Part shown: in pieces, positions 1-10,107 of the stretch
Layout of the letters: each line of letters starts with the position of its first letter
Numbering within the stretch: the stretch's first letter is position 1
DNA from: Schmidtea polychroa
Taxonomy: Eukaryota
Direction of reading: 5' to 3'
NCBI GenBank assembly: GCA_044892525.1
Contig: CM097885.1
Coordinates: forward strand, 109,430,001 to 109,494,000
Length of the DNA stretch: 64,000 nucleotides
The notes under the pieces: generated by a model
Told to the model about the DNA's origin: nothing
What the model saw: only the letters and a program-made list of their open reading frames with translations
The model's database searches: none
Program-made: the position numbers and the translations under genes

Positions 1-622
1 CATAGAACAATCTTTTATCACCTTCTACTCTATTACAAACTAATTCTATAAAAACATTATGAAGTATACGATTATAGTTTTGAAGGAATCCAAACAAGTG
101 TTTTAATTCAAAATAACCTTCAAATTTTTTAGATTTATAAAGTTCAGCTCTTTTATAGTAACCATAATTTATATCTAAACCATCTTTATCTAAATCTCCT
201 TTATTAACATCAGGAATCCAGCCTGTTAATTCACCATATTCATTTTTATAATCACAACCAGTCAAAATAAAATTTAACATCGTAGAATATACTCCCGGAT
301 GCAAAACAGTTTCAATTTCTGATGATCCTAGTTTTAATCTCATGTTGGAGAATAAATTTGGAAAGAAATTATTTTCTAGGGTTATATCTTTGTTTGCTTC
401 AATTTCTAATTCGATTTTATAATATAATTTGGCATTACAAATATCTATAGGGTTTGATGTTTGAAGAGATTGAAAAACTATATCACCCCTACGATTTAAG
501 TTTGCAATAGATCCTGAAGTTGGGGAGATTTTAAGTACATCGTTTTTCTTGATTTCATGAGTAAATTCTTTATTATAATCAAGATTTAATTTATTTTTTT
601 CTTGAATTTTTATATTATTCAT
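1..622 (-). CDS. Maverick/Polinton major capsid protein (double jelly-roll), N-terminal 207 aa; runs off the window
   Basis: Manual translation (absent from the track because it has no stop in the window): MNNIKIQEKNK...ISPTSGSIANLNRRGDIVF...NNFFPNLFSNMRLKLGSSEIETVLHPGVYSTML...LKHLFGFLQNYNRILHNVFIELVCNR. The NLN..G.I, LFSN....L...EIE.V.HPG..TML and L.HLFGF...Y motifs match Maverick capsid proteins as I recall them. Confidence 0.85.
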   Translation of the reverse strand, partial: MNNIKIQEKNKLNLDYNKEFTHEIKKNDVLKISPTSGSIANLNRRGDIVFQSLQTSNPIDICNAKLYYKIELEIEANKDITLENNFFPNLFSNMRLKLGSSEIETVLHPGVYSTMLNFILTGCDYKNEYGELTGWIPDVNKGDLDKDGLDINYGYYKRAELYKSKKFEGYFELKHLFGFLQNYNRILHNVFIELVCNRVEGDKRLFY

Positions 623-678
623 TTTTATATATTAAAATTTACACACACAAAATAGGATTAATTAAATATATTATGTAA

Positions 679-760
679 GCCATTATAGCGGAGTGGGAAT
701 AGGCTTCAATTTTATCACCGGGAGTACCGGGTTCAATTTTCGATTTTGGTCAATTTTTTT
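679..760 (+). ncRNA. tRNA-like Pol III unit 1 (A box TAGCGGAGTGG 686-696; imperfect B box GGTTCAATTTT 730-740; T7 terminator 754-760)
   Basis: The A box starts at tRNA position 8 counted from G679. T-arm-like ccggg-ttcaatt-ttcga; ends in ggtca followed by a T run. No clean anticodon arm. Confidence 0.5.
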
Positions 761-922
761 CGATATTTTTTTTTCAACGGAATCTGATTCAGCGTACTGA
801 TTTTAGTATATATTTAAATTTTTAGATGGATCTGATTGGTAGTTGTCGAGAAAATGAATAATTAATTATTAATTTCATCAATAAATAGTCACACATTAAC
901 AACTTATTTTATATTGAGTATT

Positions 923-1003
923 ACTCTAATAGCTTAGTGATAATAGCACTCGACTGCATTGCCAATACCAATGGGTTCAAATCCCACTTCGGTCATTTTT
1001 TTT
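923..1003 (+). ncRNA. tRNA-like Pol III unit 2 (A box TAGCTTAGTGA 930-940; B box GGTTCAAATCC 974-984; T8 996-1003)
   Basis: Perfect B box within a T-arm tggg-ttcaaat-ccca; D-arm-like gct...agc; ends in ggtca plus T8. About 60 bp downstream resembles the sequence after unit 1. Confidence 0.6.
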
Positions 1004-1167
1004 CAAATATTTTTTTTAACGAAATATTGATCAGCATACTCGATTTAGTACTTGTACAAATTTTTAAGGAGATTGGTCAACGGCAACTCTTGGAAATTTA
1101 AGATCAAAAACGTTTTAACTTAAGCTACCAAAAATTAATATATCCAATAAAAAAAATATTTATAAAA

Positions 1168-1359
1168 ATGGATGAGTTAAAAGAAAGAATGAGAAATGAA
1201 TTGAATGAAGTTAAACATAAGAGAATGAAAAGAAGAGAAGAAGAACCATTAGAATACATCAAAGAGTTGATGGTAGAGAATGAAAAGTATCGACATTTTT
1301 ACATGAAAGCTGTAGAAGTTGCTGAGATAAGGTTGAAGAAAATGAAACAATTACAGTAA
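1168..1359 (+). CDS. Small E/K/R-rich coiled-coil ORF inside the Maverick (63 aa)
   Basis: ATG in the same TATAAAAATG context as the capsid gene, with coding-like composition. The frame continues RVKELESIIYSLKNEKN after the TAA, so the stop may be premature. Confidence 0.4.
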   Translation: MDELKERMRNELNEVKHKRMKRREEEPLEYIKELMVENEKYRHFYMKAVEVAEIRLKKMKQLQ

Positions 1360-1414
1360 AGAGTTAAAGAACTTGAATCGATTATTTATAGTCTAAAAAA
1401 TGAGAAAAATCCAA

Positions 1415-1496
1415 ACCTAGATAGCGCAGTGGGCTAGACTGGCACAGTGGTTCAAATGGATGGTGGTTCAAATCCTAACTGTGGTTAGTTTTTTTT
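1415..1496 (+). ncRNA. tRNA-like Pol III unit 3 (A box TAGCGCAGTGG 1422-1432; B box GGTTCAAATCC 1465-1475; T8 1489-1496)
   Basis: Consensus A and B boxes at tRNA-like spacing, ending in ggtta plus T8 like units 1 and 2. Confidence 0.6.
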
Positions 1497-1650
1497 CAAC
1501 ATAAAATAATATTAAAAATTTGAAAATAATAGTGTGGGTATCTTAGATTAATAAAGTAGTTGTATATTTTATTTTATTTATTTTATTTATTTTATTTTTT
1601 TATTAATTAATTAATTTTTAAACATAAATATGAAAAAAAAAATATTGAAA

Positions 1651-1728
1651 CGGGTGTGATGGCGAACCGGTAATTATCGTCACCAGTCTTTCGAACACAC
1701 CCGGATCGATCCCTTTCTCAGTTGTTTT
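1651..1728 (+). ncRNA. Possible fourth Pol III / structured RNA unit (A-box-like TGGCGAACCGG 1660-1670; B-box-like GGATCGATCCC 1703-1713)
   Basis: D-arm-like stem GGCGA/TCGTC; alternative stem cgggtgtg/cacacccg; only a weak T run (ttgtttt). Confidence 0.35.
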
Positions 1729-1993
1729 CGGACCTCTTTCGGATTCGCTTTCGAATTCATTTGTACTTTCAAGATCGAATTGATTCTGATGTATGAGTCT
1801 GGCCAGCTTGTATATTGGAAGAGATTTAATAAACGAAAGAGGTTGAAATGATCCGGATCAAAAAAACAGTGAAAAAAAAAAATACCACTGTCCCCTCACA
1901 GCAGTTTTACTATTTTTCATTTATTTTTTAATTTATATAATTTAAAATCAATAATCTGATAAAGATCAACTCCGGAGTTTGATTGCGATCAAA

Positions 1994-2245
1994 AGTAGTG
2001 TGTATATAGCCCTATCCCAAATAGCCCTCTAACTTTTTCATAATGCCATTTTCTTTTCTATTCTCTTTTTAGTTTGAAGCTTTTGAGTTTGAAGCTTTAA
2101 AGATTAAGGGTGGTTGTTGTTTAAAATATGGGGTTAAAATACTATAAAATCATAGGTTTTATGTTGTTTTTCTAATGGTTTAAGCATAATGGAGGTATGT
2201 TCTTGTTGGGAGGGTTGTTTGGGTTAGGGCTATATACACACTACT
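1994..2245. repeat. Inverted repeat at the Maverick terminus: about 36-bp arms (1994-2029 and 2210-2245), 3 mismatches
   Basis: agtagtgtgtatatagccctatcccaaatagccctc against the reverse complement of the terminus, agtagtgtgtatatagccctaacccaaacaaccctc. The flanks (atcaaa and tgccac) do not form a TSD. Confidence 0.9.
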
Positions 2246-2740
2246 TGCCACAGTCGGTATTTTCAGTGGGGCTTAGCCAGGCCTCCATTATACATCGCTC
2301 CACCCAGCTTCATATTCTTGTCGCACTTCAGGCTTAATTGCGAATTTGGCACCGTTGTTACGCAATATAGGGGGTTTGTTTTCCATTTTCACGATATCGC
2401 TAACTTGATTCCGTCAAAACTCGTTTAAAAATCCTCGTCATCAATTGCCACTTGTTCTTAAACAAATGCTGGCATAGATACTCGGGTGCATTCACCAAAC
2501 CGTACGCCATAGTTGTCAATTGAGACTCCCCCAAGATGTTCAATCTAGAGAATCCAATCCCGGGATCCCAGGAATATCGGCTTATTTGTGGCACCAGAAT
2601 CCCGGTGCTGAGAATCTTCGAATCCCGGGATTTCGGTACTGACTACTTGTATGTGAAATTATGCGAAAATATTCAAAATAAACTCAAGTGTTGTCAAATT
2701 CAGTACCGAAAAAAATTTAAAAAGTGAGTTCTGAAAACTT

Positions 2741-2935
2741 TTGATTTCCATAGGAATAGTAAATATTAATTTCAAATAGTTAAAGTGATTTTTTGAAATA
2801 AACTAAGTAGTCCTCAAACTCAGTCAATACAAAAAAAAAGTTCGGCAAAAATTTGATTTCCATAGGAATAGTAAATATTAATTTGAAATAATTAAAGAGC
2901 AGTTTTAAAATAAACTAAGTAGTCCTCAAACTCAG
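2741..2935 (+). repeat. Subterminal direct repeat in the hAT (about 83-bp matching blocks, 112-bp period), followed by (aaaaatattt)x4 at 2941-2980
   Basis: ttgatttccataggaatagtaaatattaatt...aaataaactaagtagtcctcaaactcagt at 2741 and again at 2853. Confidence 0.85.
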
Positions 2936-3000
2936 TGCTGAAAAAATATTTAAAAATATTTAAAAATATTTAAAAATATTTGATTTGAATTTGATAGTAA

Positions 3001-3144
3001 TTTAATATATTATACTTTTAATGTTTGGCACTATTATGATAACTGAAATTTCACGACTACTTAGTTTTAATGCTGTTTAACTAAGTAGTCGTGAAATTTC
3101 AGTTATCATAATAGTGCCAAACATTAAAAGTATAATATATTAAA
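3001..3144. repeat. Perfect 66-bp inverted repeat with a 12-nt loop, 100 bp upstream of the hAT transposase ATG
   Basis: 3001-3066 is the exact reverse complement of 3079-3144; the loop is ttaatgctgttt. Confidence 0.97.
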
Positions 3145-3244
3145 CAATTTGCATTGTTCATCAAGTCAGGTAAAGTTTTTTTTATTATAAAAATTTAGTT
3201 TTCAATATTTAAAATAAAAATTTTCTAGTCCTTATAAACCAACC

Positions 3245-5201
3245 ATGTCCACAAACAAAATCAAGGAATACGTAGAGTGCACTCGAAACTTAATTGAAAA
3301 AACTCCTATATGGGGTTATTTCTTACGTGAAAAATCAGGAGAATTCGCAAAATGTAAGACGTGTAAGTTTAATAAAGAATTAAAAACGGGTGGCGGTTCA
3401 ACCAGTGGACTACATAAGCACATGATGTCAGTTCACTCCATCAATACGTTAAAAAAACCTGCATCCAATCTTCAATTATCGTCAATCGTTTCAACTAGTA
3501 GTAACTCAGCAAACAATGCAAAAAATCAATAATTACAAGTTTTTTCAACCTTTATGACAACTCACTTGATGCAGTATTAGCCAGAATGACCGCTGTTGAT
3601 GGTTTGCCATTTAGAATCTTTGTAGCATCTGTGGAGCTGTGCAAATCCTTATCTGCCCGTGGATTTGATGTGCCCGAATGGGAGTCTACGATTCGTTATA
3701 TGGTAATCAAATATGGTAAATTTATTCGAAAAAAATTAGCTGTCGAACTGCAAAGATTGAAATCCAACGGCGAGCGATTCAGTCTATCTTTCGATGAATG
3801 GACTTCTACAAGAAATCGTCAATATCTGAATTTAAACCTGCATATCAAAGGAAAACATTGGAATTTGGGGTTATTACGAGTGCATGGATCGTTACCAGCA
3901 GAAAAGTGCATCACACAGATTTCTGAAAATTTAAAATCATTTGGTTTGAGCTTGTATGAAGACGTCATTTGTATTACAACCGATGGAGCTTCGGTCATGA
4001 AAAAAGTTGGCAGATTGTTAACCTGTGATCAACAGCTATGTTTTGCACATGCAATCCATCTAGCAGTAGTCGATATTTTGTATAAGAAGCCTGCACAGAT
4101 AGTCCAGCAGAAAACAGTTGAAATCGAAGCCAATAATGACGAGTTCGAATCAGAATTTGATCACTACGATAGCGGATTTCAATTAATTTTTGAGGAAACT
4201 GAACCAGATTTATTAGATGAGCTATTACCATTGATAACAAAAGTAAGAAGTATCGTCAGATTGTTCCGACACTCACCAACTAAAAATGACGATATTCTTC
4301 AAAAATATATCAAAGCAGAGTTTGGTAGAGAAAAATCGTTCTTAATTGACATAAAAACTCGCTGGAACAGTCTTTATGTTATGCTAGAACGTTTTTTTTT
4401 GAAGTAAAAAATGCTGTACTGAAATCATTGATTGATATCAAATCACCGTTATCGTTCAATGAAGAAGAAATGGACTTGATTAGGAATTTTCTGTCAACAC
4501 TAGAGCCAGTTAAAATAGCTGTTGAAGCATTATGCCGTCGTGATTCAACACTTTTGACAGCAGATGCAACTATTTCTTTTCTAATCAATAATTTGGGCAA
4601 CAACTATTTAGCTCTTCATCTCAAAGAAGCAATAATCCGTCGAATAAACGAGCGTCGAACCAACTTATCTAATTTGCTACAATATTTGCAGCAAGGAAAT
4701 AAAGTTTACGATGACTTTGATCTAGACTTGTGTTTAAACTTTAAACAGCTAACAAAAACTCAGATTATTAACTTAATTTTTGAGTTGGTTAATCGTATGT
4801 CCAAACCGTTTACCAGCGAACCACCGCAGGAATGCGAATCAGACAAAGAAATTGAAATAACTGTAGATGTAGAAGCATTGGTGTCTCTACAAGAAAAACT
4901 GGACAGAGCAATTAGTCAAGAAACTAATTCCAAAATTGTACCAAAAACGACAAAAACAGCAAACGATATAGTAAGTATTGTCAAAAAGAGCTGGCAGTTT
5001 TCGAGGCAGAAGGTTGTCGCGGATCCATACTCGAAAAAAACTTACAACTACTTGAATTCTGTACCACCTACCAGCGTAGAATCGGAGCGAGTTTTTTCCG
5101 GATGTTCAATAGTTGCAACTAAAATTCGATCATCATTAAATGATGAAAGCTTGGATATATTGTGCTTTCTTCGATCATATTTTAAACTTGCCAACAACTG
5201 A
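3245..5201 (+). pseudogene. hAT transposase, frameshifted (BED zinc finger, DDE core, C-terminal dimerization domain)
   Basis: BED finger CKTC...HKHMMSVH; SFDEWTS; TTDGAS; CFAHAIHLAV; TRWNS; PPTSVESERVFS. Split into three ORFs by single-base frameshifts at A6 (about 3520) and T8 (about 4393). Confidence 0.92.
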
Positions 5202-7189
5202 ATTTATTAATTATTTTCTATTTCTACTGAATTCTATTCATTTTTGTATTTCATTTTTATTTTTTGTTTGATTTACTATAAAAAATCTTTTGATATATCC
5301 ATTTTTCTTTTAATATATTTCAGTTTCAGATTTCTCTTCAGTCCCGGTGCCAGTACCGGGAACCCGGTACTGAAAAAATCTAGTACCGAAATCCCGGGAT
5401 CAAAAAAATTGACCGGTATTGGATGCTCTAGTTCAATCGCATCAAGATCTGAAATAACATCCACTCCGGCTAGAAGATTTGTCATTAATAAGCAATTTAA
5501 CACAAAACTTGTTCCTTGAACAGATAAATGGCACTGACTCTCCTTCACAGCGTAATCTTCTTCCACTAACTGCAACAATATACATGGTTTCACCAATTCC
5601 TTCTGCAAAGATCCGGGAAACAATGGTTTGAGAACATCCAGAATCAATTAGTCCAGTGCACGACTTTCTATTCACTCTGAGTCTGACAAGTAACCTCACC
5701 ATCCCAGACATCACTGAGAAACCGATAGTGCTTCAGTTTCTCTTCTGACGTTTCCATGTGGGTTTGAAGAGCATTGTCTGAATGAATGCCGTTTGATGCC
5801 GCATATCCAACACTCTTGAGAAGGGCATTCATTGTCCAAATTTTCAACAGTTAGCACAGTTTGATTTCTTTACCCGGCCCAAAACCACTTCCCTTCACTC
5901 CAATTAGGCCAGAAGAGCCGTTTTGTTCGGATATTAGTTGAAATACTTCTGAAAGGTTCATTTCGAAGATCCTTGCTAAAGCTCTGAGCTGATGGGAGTT
6001 CAACTACAAACACTCTCTTGAGGACCCCGTTATCATTTATCCAGGCCAGCGTAGCTAATTGCTGCAGATCCGCAAGAAAAACATCAAATGACTCTCCATT
6101 CCATAGTCAATTGCGAAATGTATCGTAAGCCTGGAAGCCATCCATCAAAAAGGCATCTGTGAAAGCATTTTCTATTGCGTCGCTGTTTTCTTTGTCCTTC
6201 TCGTTCAGGTGGTTGTAAATGATGGTCGTAAACGAGAAAGCTGTTCCATCACACAGCAATGGGAGGAAAAAAGTAAAATATCCGATTTTTTGATGCTTAG
6301 CCACTACTTTCAGTATTTTAAACCAAGTAGAAAACTCACCGACTCCATTGTAAAGCTTTATAAATTTATTTTATACAGACCACTTAGTTCAAATTCAATT
6401 TTACATTTTTACGTTAAAACTTAAATTAAAAAATGTCAACTGGTAATTTTGAGTGTTCAGTCTATATTGAATAAGCGAGAAATAGAATTTTTTTTCAGAA
6501 TCAAAAAAACAGTTCTATTACATATTTTCAAAAATGAGAAAGAATAAAATTACTTTCATGCGATATTCACGAATCATAAATGTTTAAAAAATTTTAACTA
6601 TGTCGCCGCATGCCACACAATTTTTTTTCCGTGCCAGCTGAATCAACGAATAGAGGACGAGCATGTGATGGAACAGATCAGACCGCTGATTCCAATATAA
6701 AAGACTGTTTTCAAAACTCGAATCGAACAGCTACGAAGGACTAGTGTCTAGGAAGCCTCGCGATCGAGCTTGACGACGGGCTCATAAGGAAATCCGTATC
6801 GCAAGGAGTTTGGGGAAGAAACTAGTCAGCCTTGATTCACATAGTGAGGTGTACACACATTCTTACTTTGATTACTAACTAAAATAGTAGAGCGACTCGT
6901 CACTAGTCTTTATCCCATCCGTAACTAGGAATAATGCGCAGTTTACGATTTCCCGTGTTGGGGCCTTTAATCATTGACATACATAACGACTATTACTGTA
7001 AATAACCTCGAACAGATGAATAATGGCGCCGGAATTTAATTTATAATGTTATTTCAATGGAAAGACGCTTAAAAGCGCAACAAACAAAATTGCAACAGCT
7101 GAGATAGACAAGGCAGCAGTTACTAGAGGCCATACCGCGGCGATAGAAGACTAAGCTATACTAAAATAAATCGTAGTGCGATTGTTAAT

Positions 7190-7375
7190 ACGACTTTGTT
7201 ATAGTTAACGTTATTACTTCTTAACCCTTGTTAAGAGATCGGCGAAATAAAGAAGGGACCTAAAACCAAGTCCGATATATGCTTTCTAACGGTATTCCAC
7301 GAACCCACTCGAGTGCTTGCCGATTATAGTGTAAAAAGGTACGTTCACTTTTTGCAAGTCCTCACCCATTCGATA
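7190..7375 (-). mobile_element. Possible heavily decayed LTR-retrotransposon integrase fragment
   Basis: IEWVRTCKK* ... SWNTV..HISDLVLGPF..(fs)NKG*EVITLTITK resembles the WV.SC..C and W..V..D..GP...S.KG...LT motifs; needs frameshifts. Confidence 0.35.
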
Positions 7376-10107
7376 TTGATTACTCAACGGTTATTGAGTG
7401 GTAAAGGAACATGGAAACAGCATGAAAAGATAAAATGTGAATTACCTTTAACCCACCATGAATAAAGAACCAACAGATTGAAATTCATTGCTTTAAAGTA
7501 AAAGAAAATGCTTTAAAGAAACTATTAGTAAGTACAAACATTGTTCAACAAATAAAAATGACATTAATGTTTTGCCTTTACAATTTCTGAACCATCATGA
7601 TGTCAGTTCAAATGCTAAAATTCTTGCTTATTGTTTTCCCTAAAATATTAATTATATTAATAAATATTATTACTAAATATAATAATAATAAATAAAAATT
7701 ACTATTAATAAATATTATTAATTAAGAGATTGAAGCCACATAGCTTTCTATAAAAATTTTCACATTTTTAATGAATTTGAGGAGATAAACTGAGTGTCTA
7801 ATCGATACGAAATATTGCACAGTTATATACCAACCCATCCTGTGTCACGCCAACATATCTATTTGTGTTTGCAGTTCGCAAAAATTATTTTATTCTGTTT
7901 TTGAGAAAGTAGATACTTTTCCCTAAATTATGTATCAAAACGCACAATTTTCCACGAATCTTGTTAATGTTATGCAAAAGCTATTAGTTTCACGTTGTTC
8001 TACATAATATTTGGTTTAGAACAACTTACTTATGACTTAAAAGGGTAGTACGCAATTCCTGGCTGATTCGCGGAAGGCGAAAATTGTTAGCAAAACTATA
8101 ATTTTGAGAAACACCACATTCATCTGTAAAACATAAAGACATTCAAGGTCACTTGTCACTACTAATAGGTGATTTTCACCAACTTGCTGACTCCACTCAA
8201 CAGCACAATTTTAACTCAATGATTCATGGACATGTTCCTTCGAAAAATATAATATTTACAATTTAAAAAAGTTTTTAATTTATGCACTTTATTTTCCATT
8301 TAAATGTAATAAACATTTTAAATACCAATACGCACCTCACAGTATCGTAGATTAATCGAGTTCATCTTACTGCCAAGATTTTATAAATATAAAAAACACA
8401 AATTTGATAAAATGTTTGAACCATGAAAAACATGAATGTTTACTTCTAATTTGCAAGCTCATAAAGCTTGTGAAATGGAATGAAATCTTTCATATTATTT
8501 TCATGTCAAAATGACATCTAGCGTTGTTGTAGTTAATACATTTTTCCCAATGTTTTAGTGTTAACATTGAAAAAATGAGTACTAAAATCGAACATATTAT
8601 TTCATTTAACCACTTAACAGTCTATTTTTTTTTGAAAAGATTTCCAAATGTCCACCTACCAACACTCAAAGCGCAACTAGCACATTCGTGTTTTAATTCA
8701 CTAGCACCCATGAACTAGCACGGTTAGTGAAAATCACTCTTTACAAGTCAAAACAGAATTTGCCCGAACGAGGCTCGGGTATGTTACTACATCAACAAAA
8801 TCAATGCTCGAGTCACGCTCGTGCAAAACTGTTAAGTGATTAATATTTTCAAAGGATCTCATTCAAAGCTATAAAAAAAGAAATGAAATATGACAGAACA
8901 ATAAGCTCTATGTGTTATTTTATCAAAGGGGATACTTTGGTCCTCTTGAATACTTACGGGTTAATTTTCCTGATAAAAACACGCATTTTCAAATTTTCTA
9001 TGTAGAAAAGATGAAGCTAAACCTATTTCTTTTTCAACAGCTATTCTAAATTAAATAAAATTGCTTTATACAATTTTAATCACAATTTTCTTGAAGATAT
9101 TTTTTAAGGATTTAATTTTAATTAATTTCAGACATTTTATTTAATTTTATAGTTAATTCACATAAAAAAGACATTATGTTAAAAAATATAAAACTAATTC
9201 CAAATTTAGATAAAACTTAACAATTAAAACAAAATAATTTGCGATCTTATACTTCTATAAAATTTATGGACAGACGAGTAATATAATACGGTTGAGATGC
9301 AAATTTAGCGGTTCTTTTCAATTGCCTAATTAAATATATAATATATTATTATTTAATGAAGATGCATACTAATTAATTGGACAATTCAAAATTGTTCTTG
9401 ATAGACAGTTAACAAAAAGGCATATTAAATTATTTGTATTAAACATTTTGAACGTTAGTAACCCTCTAAAAAATAACAAAAAATAAATTTGGGATCTATA
9501 ATGCAGTTTGAAATCATTTTTTGGATAAATATTCAATAAATATTTTTCTCTGTTTTACATAACTTAAATAAAAACAAATCTCCTTAACATCATAAGTTCT
9601 ATTATTCATAGTGGATTTAGATATTTTATTATTAATTAAAAATTTTTGTAAAATTATTAAATCATTCTAATTTAAATTGCATATGAAATTAATATATATC
9701 GGGAAAATGTAAGATTTTAGCAACTGCATTTATTTAAAAATTAACTTCGTGACACTGGTAGTATATATGAATAGGGTGACCGTCAGTAGTATTTTATTTC
9801 ATACAACTTTTTATTTTATTAAAGAAAAAAAACTTTCAGTTTTAATGCCAAAATGACTTCATTCTTAATTAGGAACTGAAATATAAACTGTAGAATTCTA
9901 CGTGATTAAAGCTTTTCAATAAGTTTAACCCTTTACTGCGCAATTTTGAAATATTTAAAATATAAATTACTTATTTTTTAAATTTTTAGTCGGTGTCCAT
10001 TTAAATTATGTAAAGAGTTGCACGTCAAATATAATAAATTGAGTTACTGCAAGATACTAATGAATATCCATTGAGAACTTTAGTTGTCGTTGCATATGTA
10101 TATCAAA

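Larger units (their letters stand above)
1..2245. mobile_element. Maverick/Polinton, terminal portion; terminus ...CACACTACT at 2245
   Basis: Capsid ORF, and a terminus reading AGTAGTGTG on the minus strand, which fits the AG...CT, AGT-repeat type ends known for Polintons. The Gypsy pol reading stops abruptly at 2246/2245. The expected 6-bp TSD (tgccac, 2246-2251) cannot be checked because the other end is outside the window. Confidence 0.7.
2546..5430 (+). mobile_element. Complete hAT DNA transposon (2885 bp)
   Basis: 18-bp TIRs TAGAGAATCCAATCCCGG / CCGGTATTGGATGCTCTA (2 mismatches). Perfect 8-bp TSD gttcaatc at 2538-2545 and 5431-5438. Repeated subterminal cccgg(g) motifs. Confidence 0.95.
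2246..6375 (-). mobile_element. Decayed Gypsy/Ty3 LTR retrotransposon (gag, protease, start of pol), split by the hAT insertion and cut off by the Maverick
   Basis: gag-like IKLYNGVGEFSTWFK...AFLMDGFQAYDTF...GESFDVFLADLQQLA (6375-6000). CCHC knuckle CWICGIKRHSFRQC near 5770-5810 and protease LIDSGCSQT near 5640. The frame LDAIE|HLGGVSID continues across the hAT TSD into 2537-2246 (KWKNKPP...EVRQEYE). Several stops and frameshifts. Confidence 0.8.

Noticed and set aside
679-1496. Calling the A/B-box units functional tRNA genes
   Set aside because: They have no clean anticodon stem-loop and poorly paired acceptor stems, so they are kept only as tRNA-like.
2217-2229. Telomere-like tttgggttaggg
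   Set aside because: It is a single TTAGGG within the Maverick terminal repeat, not an array.
5244-5647. ORFs 5244..5519 (+) and 5276..5647 (-) as genes
   Set aside because: They span the hAT right end and the Gypsy protease junction; they are chimeric or antisense frames.
6600-6910. GC-richer block as the 5' LTR of the Gypsy element
   Set aside because: No TG...CA boundary, primer-binding site or second LTR could be identified.
8168-8738. Possible MITE bounded by gtgattttcac(c/t)aac inverted repeats
   Set aside because: The inverted match is only about 15 bp with ragged ends and no TSD was found.
9772-9785. TAGGGTGACC, resembling a hAT TIR start
   Set aside because: No partner TIR or TSD was found nearby.
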